Shown: positions 48,187 through 59,000 of the stretch, piece after piece
Layout: each line of letters starts with the position of its first letter
How positions within the stretch are numbered: position 1 is the first letter of the stretch
Source of the DNA: Flectonema sp. DT1601
Lineage: Eukaryota
Direction: 5' to 3'
DNA length: 64,000 nucleotides
Assembly (NCBI GenBank): GCA_964019425.1
Contig: OZ025789.1
Coordinates: forward strand, 248,001-312,000
The notes under the pieces: generated by a model
Database searches by the model: none
Told to the model about the DNA's origin: nothing
The model's input: the letters and a program-made list of their open reading frames with translations, nothing else
Made by a program: the position numbers and the translations under genes

Positions 48187-48421
48187 GGTTGTGGATACCC
48201 TCCTTACAGAAAGTGATATTATTTTACAGAAAGATGTGATAAGATTGGCTGCTCATTCTTATTTGTTGTACTGGAAACAGGAACTGGTGTTAAGTTAGAC
48301 TGTCGTTATGTGAAATAGGGAAAGGCAACTTACTACCCTACACGTTTACCTTTCTTTTATTTAATTTTTTTTTTTTTGAATTTTTTTTTTCATCTTCACA
48401 CACACTCACGCCTGAGGATGC

Positions 48422-48856
48422 TTATGCGGACACAACGCAGGCACCACCAGCAGCCTTCAACTTCTTCTCAGCGATTCTGGAGATGAAACGAGCCTTCACG
48501 ATGAGTGGCTTGGTAACGAAACCCTTACCCAACAACTTGAATACTCCCTTCGAGGTCAGGTCAACGACTGGTACCTTCTTTCCGGTAGCGGCCTTGGTGT
48601 CAGCCTCGGAAACCATCGCGGAGAGCTGGTTAACGTTGCAAGTTGGCTTCACCATTGGGTTCTTCTTGTAGTGGAAGTGTCTCATACCAACCTTACCAAA
48701 GTATCCCGGATGGTACTTGTCAAACCAGATACGGTGATGGTGCTGACCTCCGGCGTTACCTCTTCCGGAAGGATGCTTTCTGTGCTTTCCTACACGACCG
48801 TGACCCGCACTGACGTGTCCTCTCTTCTTACGGTTCTTGCGGAGTGCGGTGGTCAT
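48422..48856 (-). CDS. RPL27A: 60S ribosomal protein L27a (uL15)
   Basis: [42 protein letters not shown]. Confidence 0.97.
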   Translation of the reverse strand: MTTALRKNRKKRGHVSAGHGRVGKHRKHPSGRGNAGGQHHHRIWFDKYHPGYFGKVGMRHFHYKKNPMVKPTCNVNQLSAMVSEADTKAATGKKVPVVDLTSKGVFKLLGKGFVTKPLIVKARFISRIAEKKLKAAGGACVVSA

Positions 48857-49335
48857 GTTGAAGAGGAAACTGTGGAAGGGGGGTGAAACATTGACAATTT
48901 AAAAACAGTAACATTTGGTATTAAAAACAAAATTAATATCAAGTTAATCAAGGAAACGTAAAAGAGAAAATTATATATTTTATCCAATTGACCAGAAGAC
49001 GAACTTACACTTAAACAAAAGTTAAAATAAAGTAATTATATTCGATCGAGGGGACAAGAATTTCTAACTTAAGACTTTTGTTAAATTGGTGGAAGAGAAT
49101 GTTTGTTTGTTTTTTGTATTCCCCGCTGCTTAGGATTTCTTTTGTTGGTAATGTGCATGTTAAGGTAAGCGAGTGTTTTTTTTTGCCCTAGTCAACACTT
49201 TCGGGTATTAGTCTTTTTTTTTTTTTTTTTTTTTTTTTTTCGCAAGCAGATCGACTTTTCGTCGGTATCTCTGACCTCTTTTTAGGCTTTTTCTCTATAC
49301 CTTTTTTTTTTTTTGTACCTATAAACCCATTGTTC

Positions 49336-49458
49336 GGTAGAAAGAGAATTGTGGCAGCGTAACTACCTATTCCTTTATTAGGATTTTCTACCGGTTGCGC
49401 ACAAACAAAATAAAAGTGTGAGTGAGTAAGTAAAAAGTGAAGTTTGCCGATTCTTTTT
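49336..49458 (+). repeat. Dispersed repeat C; inverted copy at 63877-63997, diverged copy at ~61363-61438
   Basis: GGTAGAAAGAGAATTG.GGCAGCGTAACTA.CCTATTCCTTTATTAGGATTTT..AAAAAGTGAAGTTTGCCGATTCTTTTT matches the reverse complement at the window end. Confidence 0.85.
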
Positions 49459-49555
49459 TTTTTTGGTAATTTTAAGGTAAGCCTCTCAAAACACTTTCAG
49501 TCAGTTACTTTTTTTTTTTTTTTTTTTCCATCACCTCTCCACATTCAACTGCAAC

Positions 49556-52162
49556 CTACAATTTGTTAAGAAAGTCAATAATGTTATTGTATTCACGTTC
49601 ACGGTAAGTAGCTGAAATGTTTATTGTTTCTACCGATTGGGAAATATGTCTTTCTATTGTACGATATTCAGCTTCAAGTGAGTTATACCATTCTTCAACG
49701 TCTTTAGCTGATTCTCTTGTACTGAACGCGTCTAATGCTCCGCAGTAGTGTTCCAATTGAGAAGGAGCACCTTCACATTTTTTAAATAAATTTCTGTAAT
49801 TCGATTTGATGAAATCGTAATACTGTGTTAAACCATATCTACGAGCGACAGAATTCAAGATGTAAGAGGAGTCTTGCTGCTTTACCTCATTTGATATTCC
49901 GTACTGAAGGGCAGCATCAATGAGTTTTGGTGATTTGGTGCAACCCAAAGCACGTAGAGTTCGAAGCTTTTCAGAAGCGTCTGTTGTTTTTTCGTATTGT
50001 GATTTCATTTGATTCCAAGTATCCTCATCTCCGTATTTGATGATGGCACCATACCCAGACGAACGATAGTCCGCTGGCATATCAGAGTCGTTACCGCTGT
50101 TGCAGTATTTTTTAAAGCAATTTGTGAGAAAATCCAAGCAAGTTTTTTCACCACATGACGCAAGAACTCCAACTATCTGACCCCTGCTTTGCTTTACTCT
50201 GTCAGAGTCAGATTCTCCGTGAGTCAGTCCAATCTTATTAAGAATAGGTTTGTAAACAGAAATTTTGTAGTCATCGAGTTTTGCAGAAGCTTCGGATGAA
50301 CTTTTCACGGTGTGAGAAATATCATAAAACAATCCCAACATTCCTGATATGACACTGCTATCAGAAGAGAAGTTGAATGCGGGTGCTAATTCCAACACAC
50401 TCGTAGCTGAGATTAATCCTTTACTTGAAAATGCAGCGACGTCATTTAGTAGACCTCCGATATCCATGTTTGGCAACTCACCAGATTTCATTGAGGAAGC
50501 GATTGACGAAAGCATTGATTCATCGTATAACACTCTACATAATGCTGTCTGACCCATGTTTAGTTTGATAAAAGGAGCCTTTGGATCGACTGATAATTTG
50601 TATTCTTCTTCAGCAGGTAGGAGAACCACCTTATCAGGAGCATCACTGATGATCATGGGTAGAATCCACAGGTGGTTCTTAGCTGACGGGTCATCCTTAG
50701 CTAAGAATCTTTGTTGCTTTACGATAACCGTATCAGGTGTTGGCCTTGAACATGATAAGAATGGATAACCCTGAACAGCTGTCCAATCGTTCATAATGTC
50801 TTTAACAGGTTTGCCTGATGCTTTTGAGAGAGCGTTCCAAAGATCAATAGTCGTTGCATTTCCATACTTGTGTTGTTCCATGTATGATTGCATTGCAGTT
50901 TTAAAAGCATCGAACCCAATCCATGTGACGCACATTCTCATTAAAGCACAACCTTTAGCATAACTAATACCATCAAATATTTCATCAATTTCCTGAGCTA
51001 AAGACACGTCAACTTCAACAGGATGTGAGTTCACCAATGCGTCAAGAGTCAAGGCACTGTCGTAATCTTGGGCTACGAAATCAGACCATAGTTCCCATTC
51101 TGGACTAAGGACGTCTGATACAAAGTATTCTAAATATGTCGCAAACGACTCATTCAGCCATAATTCCTTCCACCACTGCATAGTAACAAGATTACCAAAC
51201 CACTGATGAGCAAGTTCATGGGCTACCACTAACGTTACAAGTGACTTGGTACTCGTACTGCTTGATTCGGTACACAGAAGCGCTACTTCTCGGTAGGTTA
51301 CAAGTCCCCAATTCTCCATCGCCATTGTTGGGAAATCCGGAATTGCAATTAAGTCGCACTTATTTAACGGATAATCAATCTTAAAGAACTCCTCATACCA
51401 CATGAGAGACTTTACTGTTGTGTCGAGAGCAAGTTGACCTTCCTTTTCCTTTCCAGCAAAGGCATAAATTCTACACCTGCACGGCTCTTTGCTGATGTGC
51501 CTTTCGTAGCTGGCTTCAATGTATGAAAAGTTTCCAACCACAAATGCCAGAAGATAAGATGACATTTTTGGTGTTTTTGCGAAATTGATAAGAACTTTGT
51601 TGTCGGGAAGCTCTTCTTTAGAAATCTCACCCATGTTCGACAACGCATCGTACTCAGATGAAATGACCATACTGATGTCAAAGGTGGCCTTTAATTCTGG
51701 TTCATCCCAACACGGTAATATTCTTCTGGCGTCAGTTGGTTCGCATTGGGTCGTTGCTAACCATTTCTTATTACCGTTTTCATCAACGTAGTTTGATCTG
51801 TAAAAACCTTTTAAATTGTCAGTGAGTTCACCTTTGTATTTCAAACAAATCTGTAATTCATTGCCAATTTCAACATTTTTTGATAATTTCAACGTCAATC
51901 GTTCATCCTTATCGTTGCATAACAAGTCTGATTTCGAAATTACTTCCGAAGTGTTGTTTGTCTTGTTCTGAATAACAGCATCGTCAGTGTACACCAAACC
52001 AAGAGAATTCATCACAATTTCACTGCATGATGCGACTACAGAAATATCGATGATTACATTTCCAGTGAAAACAAAATTATCTAAATCAGTATTTACTTTT
52101 AAATTATAGTTGCTAACCTTCACTGTGTTAGGTAGGATAAATCTATCCTGTGTCAAAGACAT
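49556..52162 (-). CDS. M1 family (puromycin-sensitive-like) aminopeptidase
   Basis: AMENWGL, HELAH-x18-E (LWLNES), FDGISYAKG, C-terminal helical domain; start at MSLTQD. Confidence 0.95.
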   Translation of the reverse strand: MSLTQDRFILPNTVKVSNYNLKVNTDLDNFVFTGNVIIDISVVASCSEIVMNSLGLVYTDDAVIQNKTNNTSEVISKSDLLCNDKDERLTLKLSKNVEIGNELQICLKYKGELTDNLKGFYRSNYVDENGNKKWLATTQCEPTDARRILPCWDEPELKATFDISMVISSEYDALSNMGEISKEELPDNKVLINFAKTPKMSSYLLAFVVGNFSYIEASYERHISKEPCRCRIYAFAGKEKEGQLALDTTVKSLMWYEEFFKIDYPLNKCDLIAIPDFPTMAMENWGLVTYREVALLCTESSSTSTKSLVTLVVAHELAHQWFGNLVTMQWWKELWLNESFATYLEYFVSDVLSPEWELWSDFVAQDYDSALTLDALVNSHPVEVDVSLAQEIDEIFDGISYAKGCALMRMCVTWIGFDAFKTAMQSYMEQHKYGNATTIDLWNALSKASGKPVKDIMNDWTAVQGYPFLSCSRPTPDTVIVKQQRFLAKDDPSAKNHLWILPMIISDAPDKVVLLPAEEEYKLSVDPKAPFIKLNMGQTALCRVLYDESMLSSIASSMKSGELPNMDIGGLLNDVAAFSSKGLISATSVLELAPAFNFSSDSSVISGMLGLFYDISHTVKSSSEASAKLDDYKISVYKPILNKIGLTHGESDSDRVKQSRGQIVGVLASCGEKTCLDFLTNCFKKYCNSGNDSDMPADYRSSGYGAIIKYGDEDTWNQMKSQYEKTTDASEKLRTLRALGCTKSPKLIDAALQYGISNEVKQQDSSYILNSVARRYGLTQYYDFIKSNYRNLFKKCEGAPSQLEHYCGALDAFSTRESAKDVEEWYNSLEAEYRTIERHISQSVETINISATYREREYNNIIDFLNKL

Positions 52163-52480
52163 GGTTGTGTTGTTGTTTTTTTTAAATACGAGTAAACCTG
52201 AAAAGTAAAAGGAAATATTTATATAATTATGTTTCACAAGATCATCTCCATGTTATAACATGGACCAACAAACCTCTTCCCCACAAGAAGTAATCAATTC
52301 ACAAAAGACAAAAAGGAAATAAAAAGAACTGGAGAGAGGGGGGATTTTTTTTTTTAAAAAAAAAACTTCTTCTTTTTCTTCTTTTTTTTCCCCCGTTCTT
52401 CGTAACTTTTTTTTTTTTTCCTCCTTTACTAAATTGATAACTATTAACTTGTTCCCGCCCGACAGGAGTACTTTGTGTGC

Positions 52481-52915
52481 TTATGCGGACACAACGCAGG
52501 CACCACCAGCAGCCTTCAACTTCTTCTCAGCGATTCTGGAGATGAAACGAGCCTTCACGATGAGTGGCTTGGTAACGAAACCCTTACCCAACAACTTGAA
52601 TACTCCCTTCGAGGTCAGGTCAACGACTGGTACCTTCTTTCCGGTAGCGGCCTTGGTGTCAGCCTCGGAAACCATCGCGGAGAGCTGGTTAACGTTGCAA
52701 GTTGGCTTCACCATTGGGTTCTTCTTGTAGTGGAAGTGTCTCATACCAACCTTACCAAAGTATCCCGGATGGTACTTGTCAAACCAGATACGGTGATGGT
52801 GCTGACCTCCGGCGTTACCTCTTCCGGAAGGATGCTTTCTGTGCTTTCCTACACGACCGTGACCAGCACTGACGTGTCCTCTCTTCTTACGGTTCTTGCG
52901 GAGTGCGGTGGTCAT
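52481..52915 (-). CDS. RPL27A: 60S ribosomal protein L27a (uL15)
   Basis: Protein identical to 48422-48856. Confidence 0.97.
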   Translation of the reverse strand: MTTALRKNRKKRGHVSAGHGRVGKHRKHPSGRGNAGGQHHHRIWFDKYHPGYFGKVGMRHFHYKKNPMVKPTCNVNQLSAMVSEADTKAATGKKVPVVDLTSKGVFKLLGKGFVTKPLIVKARFISRIAEKKLKAAGGACVVSA

Positions 52916-53433
52916 GTTGTGATGATATCTAAGTGGAAGAAGGGAAGATAAAGTACAACATCATTAATAACATTATTATTATCTACATCGATTGATGTAC
53001 TTTAGTGAACTGCTCACATTTGAACCCTCTCTCGTGGCCGCTAGTCAGATGCAATAAATCTCTAACCGATTAGAGTCACTCCCACGGAACGGAAGGACAC
53101 ACCTCGGTGTTGTTTTTGCACGATGCAAGCAGAACGTCTCTCCCTTCATCAAACTGTGTCAAAGGCAGAGAATGTTTTGTTAGTATATCTGCAGGAAAAG
53201 TAAATAATTAAAAAAAGAAAAAAGAACGTTCAGAACTGAAGTAATATCACCTCGTGTCGTAACTAACAACAACTACGTGGGGTGGTGGAGACGGGTCGAA
53301 CACTTGAGTAACACGTTTCAATTTGATTGCTCTGTTAGAAACTAACCTGGAGCTGTTTTCTTTGTCTTCTTTTTTATAATTGAGGGCCGTGTGCCCAACA
53401 TGACTTGATCGAAATTTTAATTGCCGCGGGTGC

Positions 53434-53868
53434 TTATGCGGACACAACGCAGGCACCACCAGCAGCCTTCAACTTCTTCTCAGCGATTCTGGAGATGAAA
53501 CGAGCCTTCACGATGAGTGGCTTGGTAACGAAACCCTTACCCAACAACTTGAATACTCCCTTCGAGGTCAGGTCAACGACTGGTACCTTCTTTCCGGTAG
53601 CGGCCTTGGTGTCAGCCTCGGAAACCATCGCGGAGAGCTGGTTAACGTTGCAAGTTGGCTTCACCATTGGGTTCTTCTTGTAGTGGAAGTGTCTCATACC
53701 AACCTTACCAAAGTATCCCGGATGGTACTTGTCAAACCAGATACGGTGATGGTGCTGACCTCCGGCGTTACCTCTTCCGGAAGGATGCTTTCTGTGCTTT
53801 CCTACACGACCGTGACCAGCACTGACGTGTCCTCTCTTCTTACGGTTCTTGCGGAGTGCGGTGGTCAT
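53434..53868 (-). CDS. RPL27A: 60S ribosomal protein L27a (uL15)
   Basis: Protein identical to the other two copies. Confidence 0.97.
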   Translation of the reverse strand: MTTALRKNRKKRGHVSAGHGRVGKHRKHPSGRGNAGGQHHHRIWFDKYHPGYFGKVGMRHFHYKKNPMVKPTCNVNQLSAMVSEADTKAATGKKVPVVDLTSKGVFKLLGKGFVTKPLIVKARFISRIAEKKLKAAGGACVVSA

Positions 53869-56049
53869 TTTGTGATGGTCTGAAAGGACGGGAGGGAAGT
53901 AATAATAAAGTTTCCTAATTAGGAAGTTGAAATATCAAACGAGAATCCATCAGCCAACAACAAACATTACTAATCTGGTAAAAAATAATTATAATAACTC
54001 CACGAGAAGCACTGAATTACTATTTCTACACACAGTACTTTGTTCACAACGTAACGTAAGAAATCATCATACAAATATTCTTCTTCTTTCTTTTTTGTTT
54101 TGTTTTTTTTTTTTGTGGTTTTTTTTTTTTTTTTTTTCCTTCTTCACATCTCTTCTCCAAAACTACACTATCACGAGGGGGTATAATTATTTTGAACTTG
54201 TAATTACCAACTGCAATGTATCAAATCATAACGATAGCGTAACATACGTTAAAAGACACAATGACTAAGGTGTTCACAGGGGGGTTGACTGTTTGAAATC
54301 AATGCCTACAATATTAATATATTGTATCAAGGCTAACTATTATAAACATTTACCACGGGGAGGGGCATTTTTTTTAGGGAAAAAAAAAATAAGCAAATTA
54401 GGGGGTTAAGACATAAAAAAAGAAGAAGAAGGAAAATTCTCCGTTGTTCCCCCGAACAACTTTTATTTTTTCTAGCCACTCAAAAAGATTTTCTAAAATA
54501 CTTTTGTACCAAGGTGGATTGCTGAGGATATTGAGGTGGCAGTAATTCTGTCCCTTCTTTCTTTCCTGTCACCGGGACAAAAAACTTCGTCCCGAGTTTT
54601 TTTTTTTACTTTCCATTCAACACACACATCTACGAATTCATGGTAATGAGTTGATTGAAAGCCAATAACACAAACAGTCAAGTGATAACTTGAGAATTGA
54701 TAATGTAATCTGCTTTCTGAACTTCCACTGAGTACGAGTTGAATACTCCGATAACCAGGCTGCGGTCTGTAACTCGCAAGTGTATTGACCTTGAAGTTCA
54801 ATTTGAATGACGTGTAAGAGGACAACAGTTCTCCGTCATTTCGTTTCCAATTTAGTGAGGCAGAATGAAAAAAAAAAAAAAGAGTTGTTCAGAAACAGCG
54901 AATATTTTTTTTTTTTAAGTGCAGGCAACGGAGGAAAAGAAAAAAGTTAAGGTGACAGGCAACGGAGAGGAAAAAAAATGCTTTTTTTTGATGTAGGCAA
55001 CGGAGAAAGTCCAAAAAAAAAAAAAAAAAAAAAAATGAAAAAATGATCAGCAGCGAAGATGACAAAAAAGCAGGTGCAAAGGCAAAAATAAGTATAAAAG
55101 GCTAGACGTGGATTACATAAGGTTACAGTGCGACCAAGTAACCGAAAGATTAAAAAAAAAAAACTTGTTCCAAATCTGAAAAGCAGTGAAGATATGATAT
55201 TTTCCGTTACCCAGATCACTAGTGTACAAGAAAAGCAGAATCTGACTTTTCCCTGAAGTGCTTCCTCTTCGTGATTTTCCTGACGATGTAGACAAAAATA
55301 TTGAACGAATTTAGTTAAAACGCGCACAGCCCCATGGACAATCTTATAAGTATTTTTAGAATTTTCATTCCGAAACTGTCATTTTAAGGCCACTAACCAA
55401 GTTAGTTAAACACAGACTCACAATGTTACTTGTGGACAAACCAATACTGAAGGACAAGAAAACGAATTGAAAACTCTCTTTTCTTTTTTTTTTTTTCTTT
55501 CTCTGTTCTCCCCCCCCCCATCCATAATTATTCCCAAACACGTATTTATATCAACAAAGAACCCGAATATTCGGATCTTCTTTTTTTTTTTTTTTTTTTT
55601 TGTTCCTTCGTTTTTGTTTTTTTTTTTTTCCTCGCTTAACTCTCTTAGACTGCAATGGTTATTCCGTATTCTGAAGTTCTCTGTTAACCATGTGCTGTTG
55701 TTTAGCCATTTTTTTTATAGGTGTTTTTGGACAGTAGAACACCTCTCAAATAACAAGAAAAGAATCTCAATTTTTTTTTTTTATTTTTTTTTTTATTTTG
55801 GGAATATAATAAACGGAAAATGCCTACAACGGATAGAATGAAGATAGAAAAAAAAAAAAATACAGTGCTCAAGTTCGATTCCGATCGGTGTCATTTTTTT
55901 TTTTCTTTTTTTTTTTTCTGACAATCTGGGATTTTCGGATAGCAGTATGTTTTAAAAATTAGATCGAAACAGAGAATGATTAGCATTGGTCAAGGATGAC
56001 TCTCATTAATTGAGAAAATATCACCTTTTTTTTTTTTTTTTTTTTTTGA

Positions 56050-59000
56050 TCATGCCTCCTCTGCGTCAACAGGAGTGGCGGGTTCGGTTGTTCCATCGCT
56101 TTTTACATCATCTTCAACGCCATTGCTAAGTGGTTGAATATTTAATTGGTATTCCCCAACTCTCGTGAAGAAAGTTCGAGCGGCTTTTCGAGTTGCTGGA
56201 TCATCAGCCTTGTCGATGAGGTTGAGCAGACTTTGATAAAACAAAGGAAGTGTTGAACAGAATTCACTTTTTGGTAATCCTGAGATAATATAAACAGCAG
56301 ACGTGATGAGTTGAGGACGATGGTTTGAATGAGATGAGAAGACGTTTGAAATCAAGTTGTAAAGTCTTGGTCGAGCAGTAGAAACATGTTTTCCATCTTC
56401 GATATTCAGCTTTGATAATGTTGATAGGTGAACAGAGATACTTTCTTCAGCAGCAACAACATCTCTCTCGCATGTTACAAAAGAAAAACTATCAAGCATT
56501 GCATTTAATATTTCTTCATCCCAAAGGTGTGAGAATCTTCTAACGACCAATCCCTGGACCTGAATTAACTTTTGTAATCTGATTGAGATGGTTTTTCCTT
56601 GAGTCCCAATCTTTTCAAATGCTAAATGAATTTTTAATGCCACCGTCTTCCAGTCGTCATTTGAAAACTTGCTTGAAGACTCACTCTCAATCTCTCTTTT
56701 CTTTTCTTCTCCAAAGATCAAAGCGTAAAAATCACCTCTATCTGCATCAGCATTGTGGTTACAAATCAAGTCAACGAGAGAGACTAATCCGTGATCGAAG
56801 ACTCCTTGAGGGGTGTCTTGCTTAAAACAATTCGTAACAACCGTCAACACATCCGCAAGATGTGGTTGCAAAGCAGAATAGTACTGCGAGAATAAGTCAA
56901 CTGTATACGTGAGTCCAACCTTCACTATGAGTGAGCTTTTTTTCAATTCTGATTCTGCGCAGAGAGGTTCATCATTGGCAGTACATGAGACAGGAGTGAC
57001 ATCACAAAGAGCATTATCGAATATCGGAAACACTGCTCCAGAAAGAATAATTTTCCACATCGCAACTGAAAAGAGCTTTCCATGTTTTTTAAGCACCTCA
57101 AACAAACCGTTTAAAGCGGAGAGTCTAACCTCAACATCAGAATGCATAGTAGCATCAGTACTTAGCCCTGTAAAGACAGGAAACCAAACCTTTAATGCCT
57201 GATGATCACTACTGCAAACGACATCTGTTTGTGGAACTACAAAAATTCTTTCTTCTTTTGCAGGTGTTTCCGTACTACTATTGGCTGATGCATTGCAACC
57301 AACTGGTAGACCCTCAACTAAATAGTCAGCGCAGGTAGTTAGCTGACTTATCGCTTGAATAGCAATGTTTTTACATAATAAATTGCAAGCAAAGGCGGTG
57401 AGAGTGTTAACGCCGTCGATGAACGCATCTGCTGCGATCACCATTGAGAATATATTTTGTATGATATGACTGACTACGTCGTAGGCTAATACAACAATCT
57501 GTTCGGTCTGATCAGCAGCTGCCAGTGTTAGAACGGTGTAGATTGCTTTCCAACCTGACTTTATTTGAGGTGCTTTACCGTGAACCATTTGAGTGACACA
57601 TCTGACGATAAGCTCTTTTATAATGATTGATTTCGTTCCTTGAAAAATCTGTTCAAATGGTTTTAAAAAATCTCTTTGAAAATTATAATTCGCTAATTCT
57701 CTTTTTTCCAAAAATTTCGTAGCGAGTTGCCTGAGTGAGTCGATTCCAAACATAGAAACACTTAAGTTTTCGTTGGTTCCAATTCTGCAGAAATGCTTCG
57801 TAATGTGACCCCAAAGTTGACCCCAAACAAATCGAAAACGTCCCATATTTATATCAGCAACTTCGATTAGTTTTTGTAAAGAGAACATTCGAGGTGGTGA
57901 AGAATGCTCAATTTCTTCCATTGAAACTTCACAAAGATGTTTAACAAAGTAAACGATCGCTTCGGAAGAAAGTTCTGCCGTAGATGAGTAGATTCTAGAA
58001 ATGGCCACATCGTCAATTTGATTTGCGACAGTCAGTGAATTAATAACTTCAAGTTGACGAAGCCTTGTTCGATCATCTTTGTGTCCTTTGTGGTTGGATG
58101 CTCTGTCTGTTTCTGCCAAAAATGCGAAATCAGGTTTCGCACCTGCACCCAAAAGCTGTAATTTCTCTAACTGAGAAATACACCTGAGAGCTGCATACCA
58201 GGATGATCGAAGACGGTCGCCTTCAGTGGTCGCAATCTCAATTAAAACTTTTATTGATTTAATATTTTTGTGTTCTATTTCACGGTAGTTATTCAAAAAT
58301 GTTAATTTAGACAAAGCAGATACGAATGCGTCTCTCTGAACGTCCAAGAAAAACAGGCAACTAATGTGAATTCCCCTTGTGAACCCCTCAAGACAAAGAT
58401 CTATAATTGCTTGTTGTTGGCTGTCACACTGTTCAAGTAAAACTGAGAAGGCTGGTAACATAGTTTCCCAACCCCTTTCGAACATAGGACGGACGTTTCC
58501 TAGTTTGGAAGCGTGAAAGAATTGGTTGCATCTTTCATCATTCTTACCAATTAATCCTTTTGTCTTTTGTAACATCGCTTTACTCTCAGTTAGATAGTTT
58601 GCTGCACGTTTTTTATCATCGCTTGCGAATGCATCTGCGAGGTTGTCAAGTACTCCCGATCTCTTTTTATCTTTTTTATCTGCCGCTCCACCCAATTCAT
58701 CTTCCTTGTCACCAGCTTCTAATGTGAACGGGGTCCCTGTAACTCTATCGTATATTGAAGAGAGGACCTCATCAGCAAGGGATTTCCCTTCATCGATCCC
58801 CTGGTTGTTTCGCATAAACTCTTCTTTTGTCATCTTATCTTTGATGTGCGCTGAATGCGCATCAGTGTGAAGCATAATTATAGAAAATGATAATACATAG
58901 GCGGTACTGGCATTTGGAAATTTTTGTTGATTTGCTTTAGTGAAACACTCTGCGAACTTTTCCATTGTGTTATCAATCACGGAGGCTTCTCCGTTAATTT

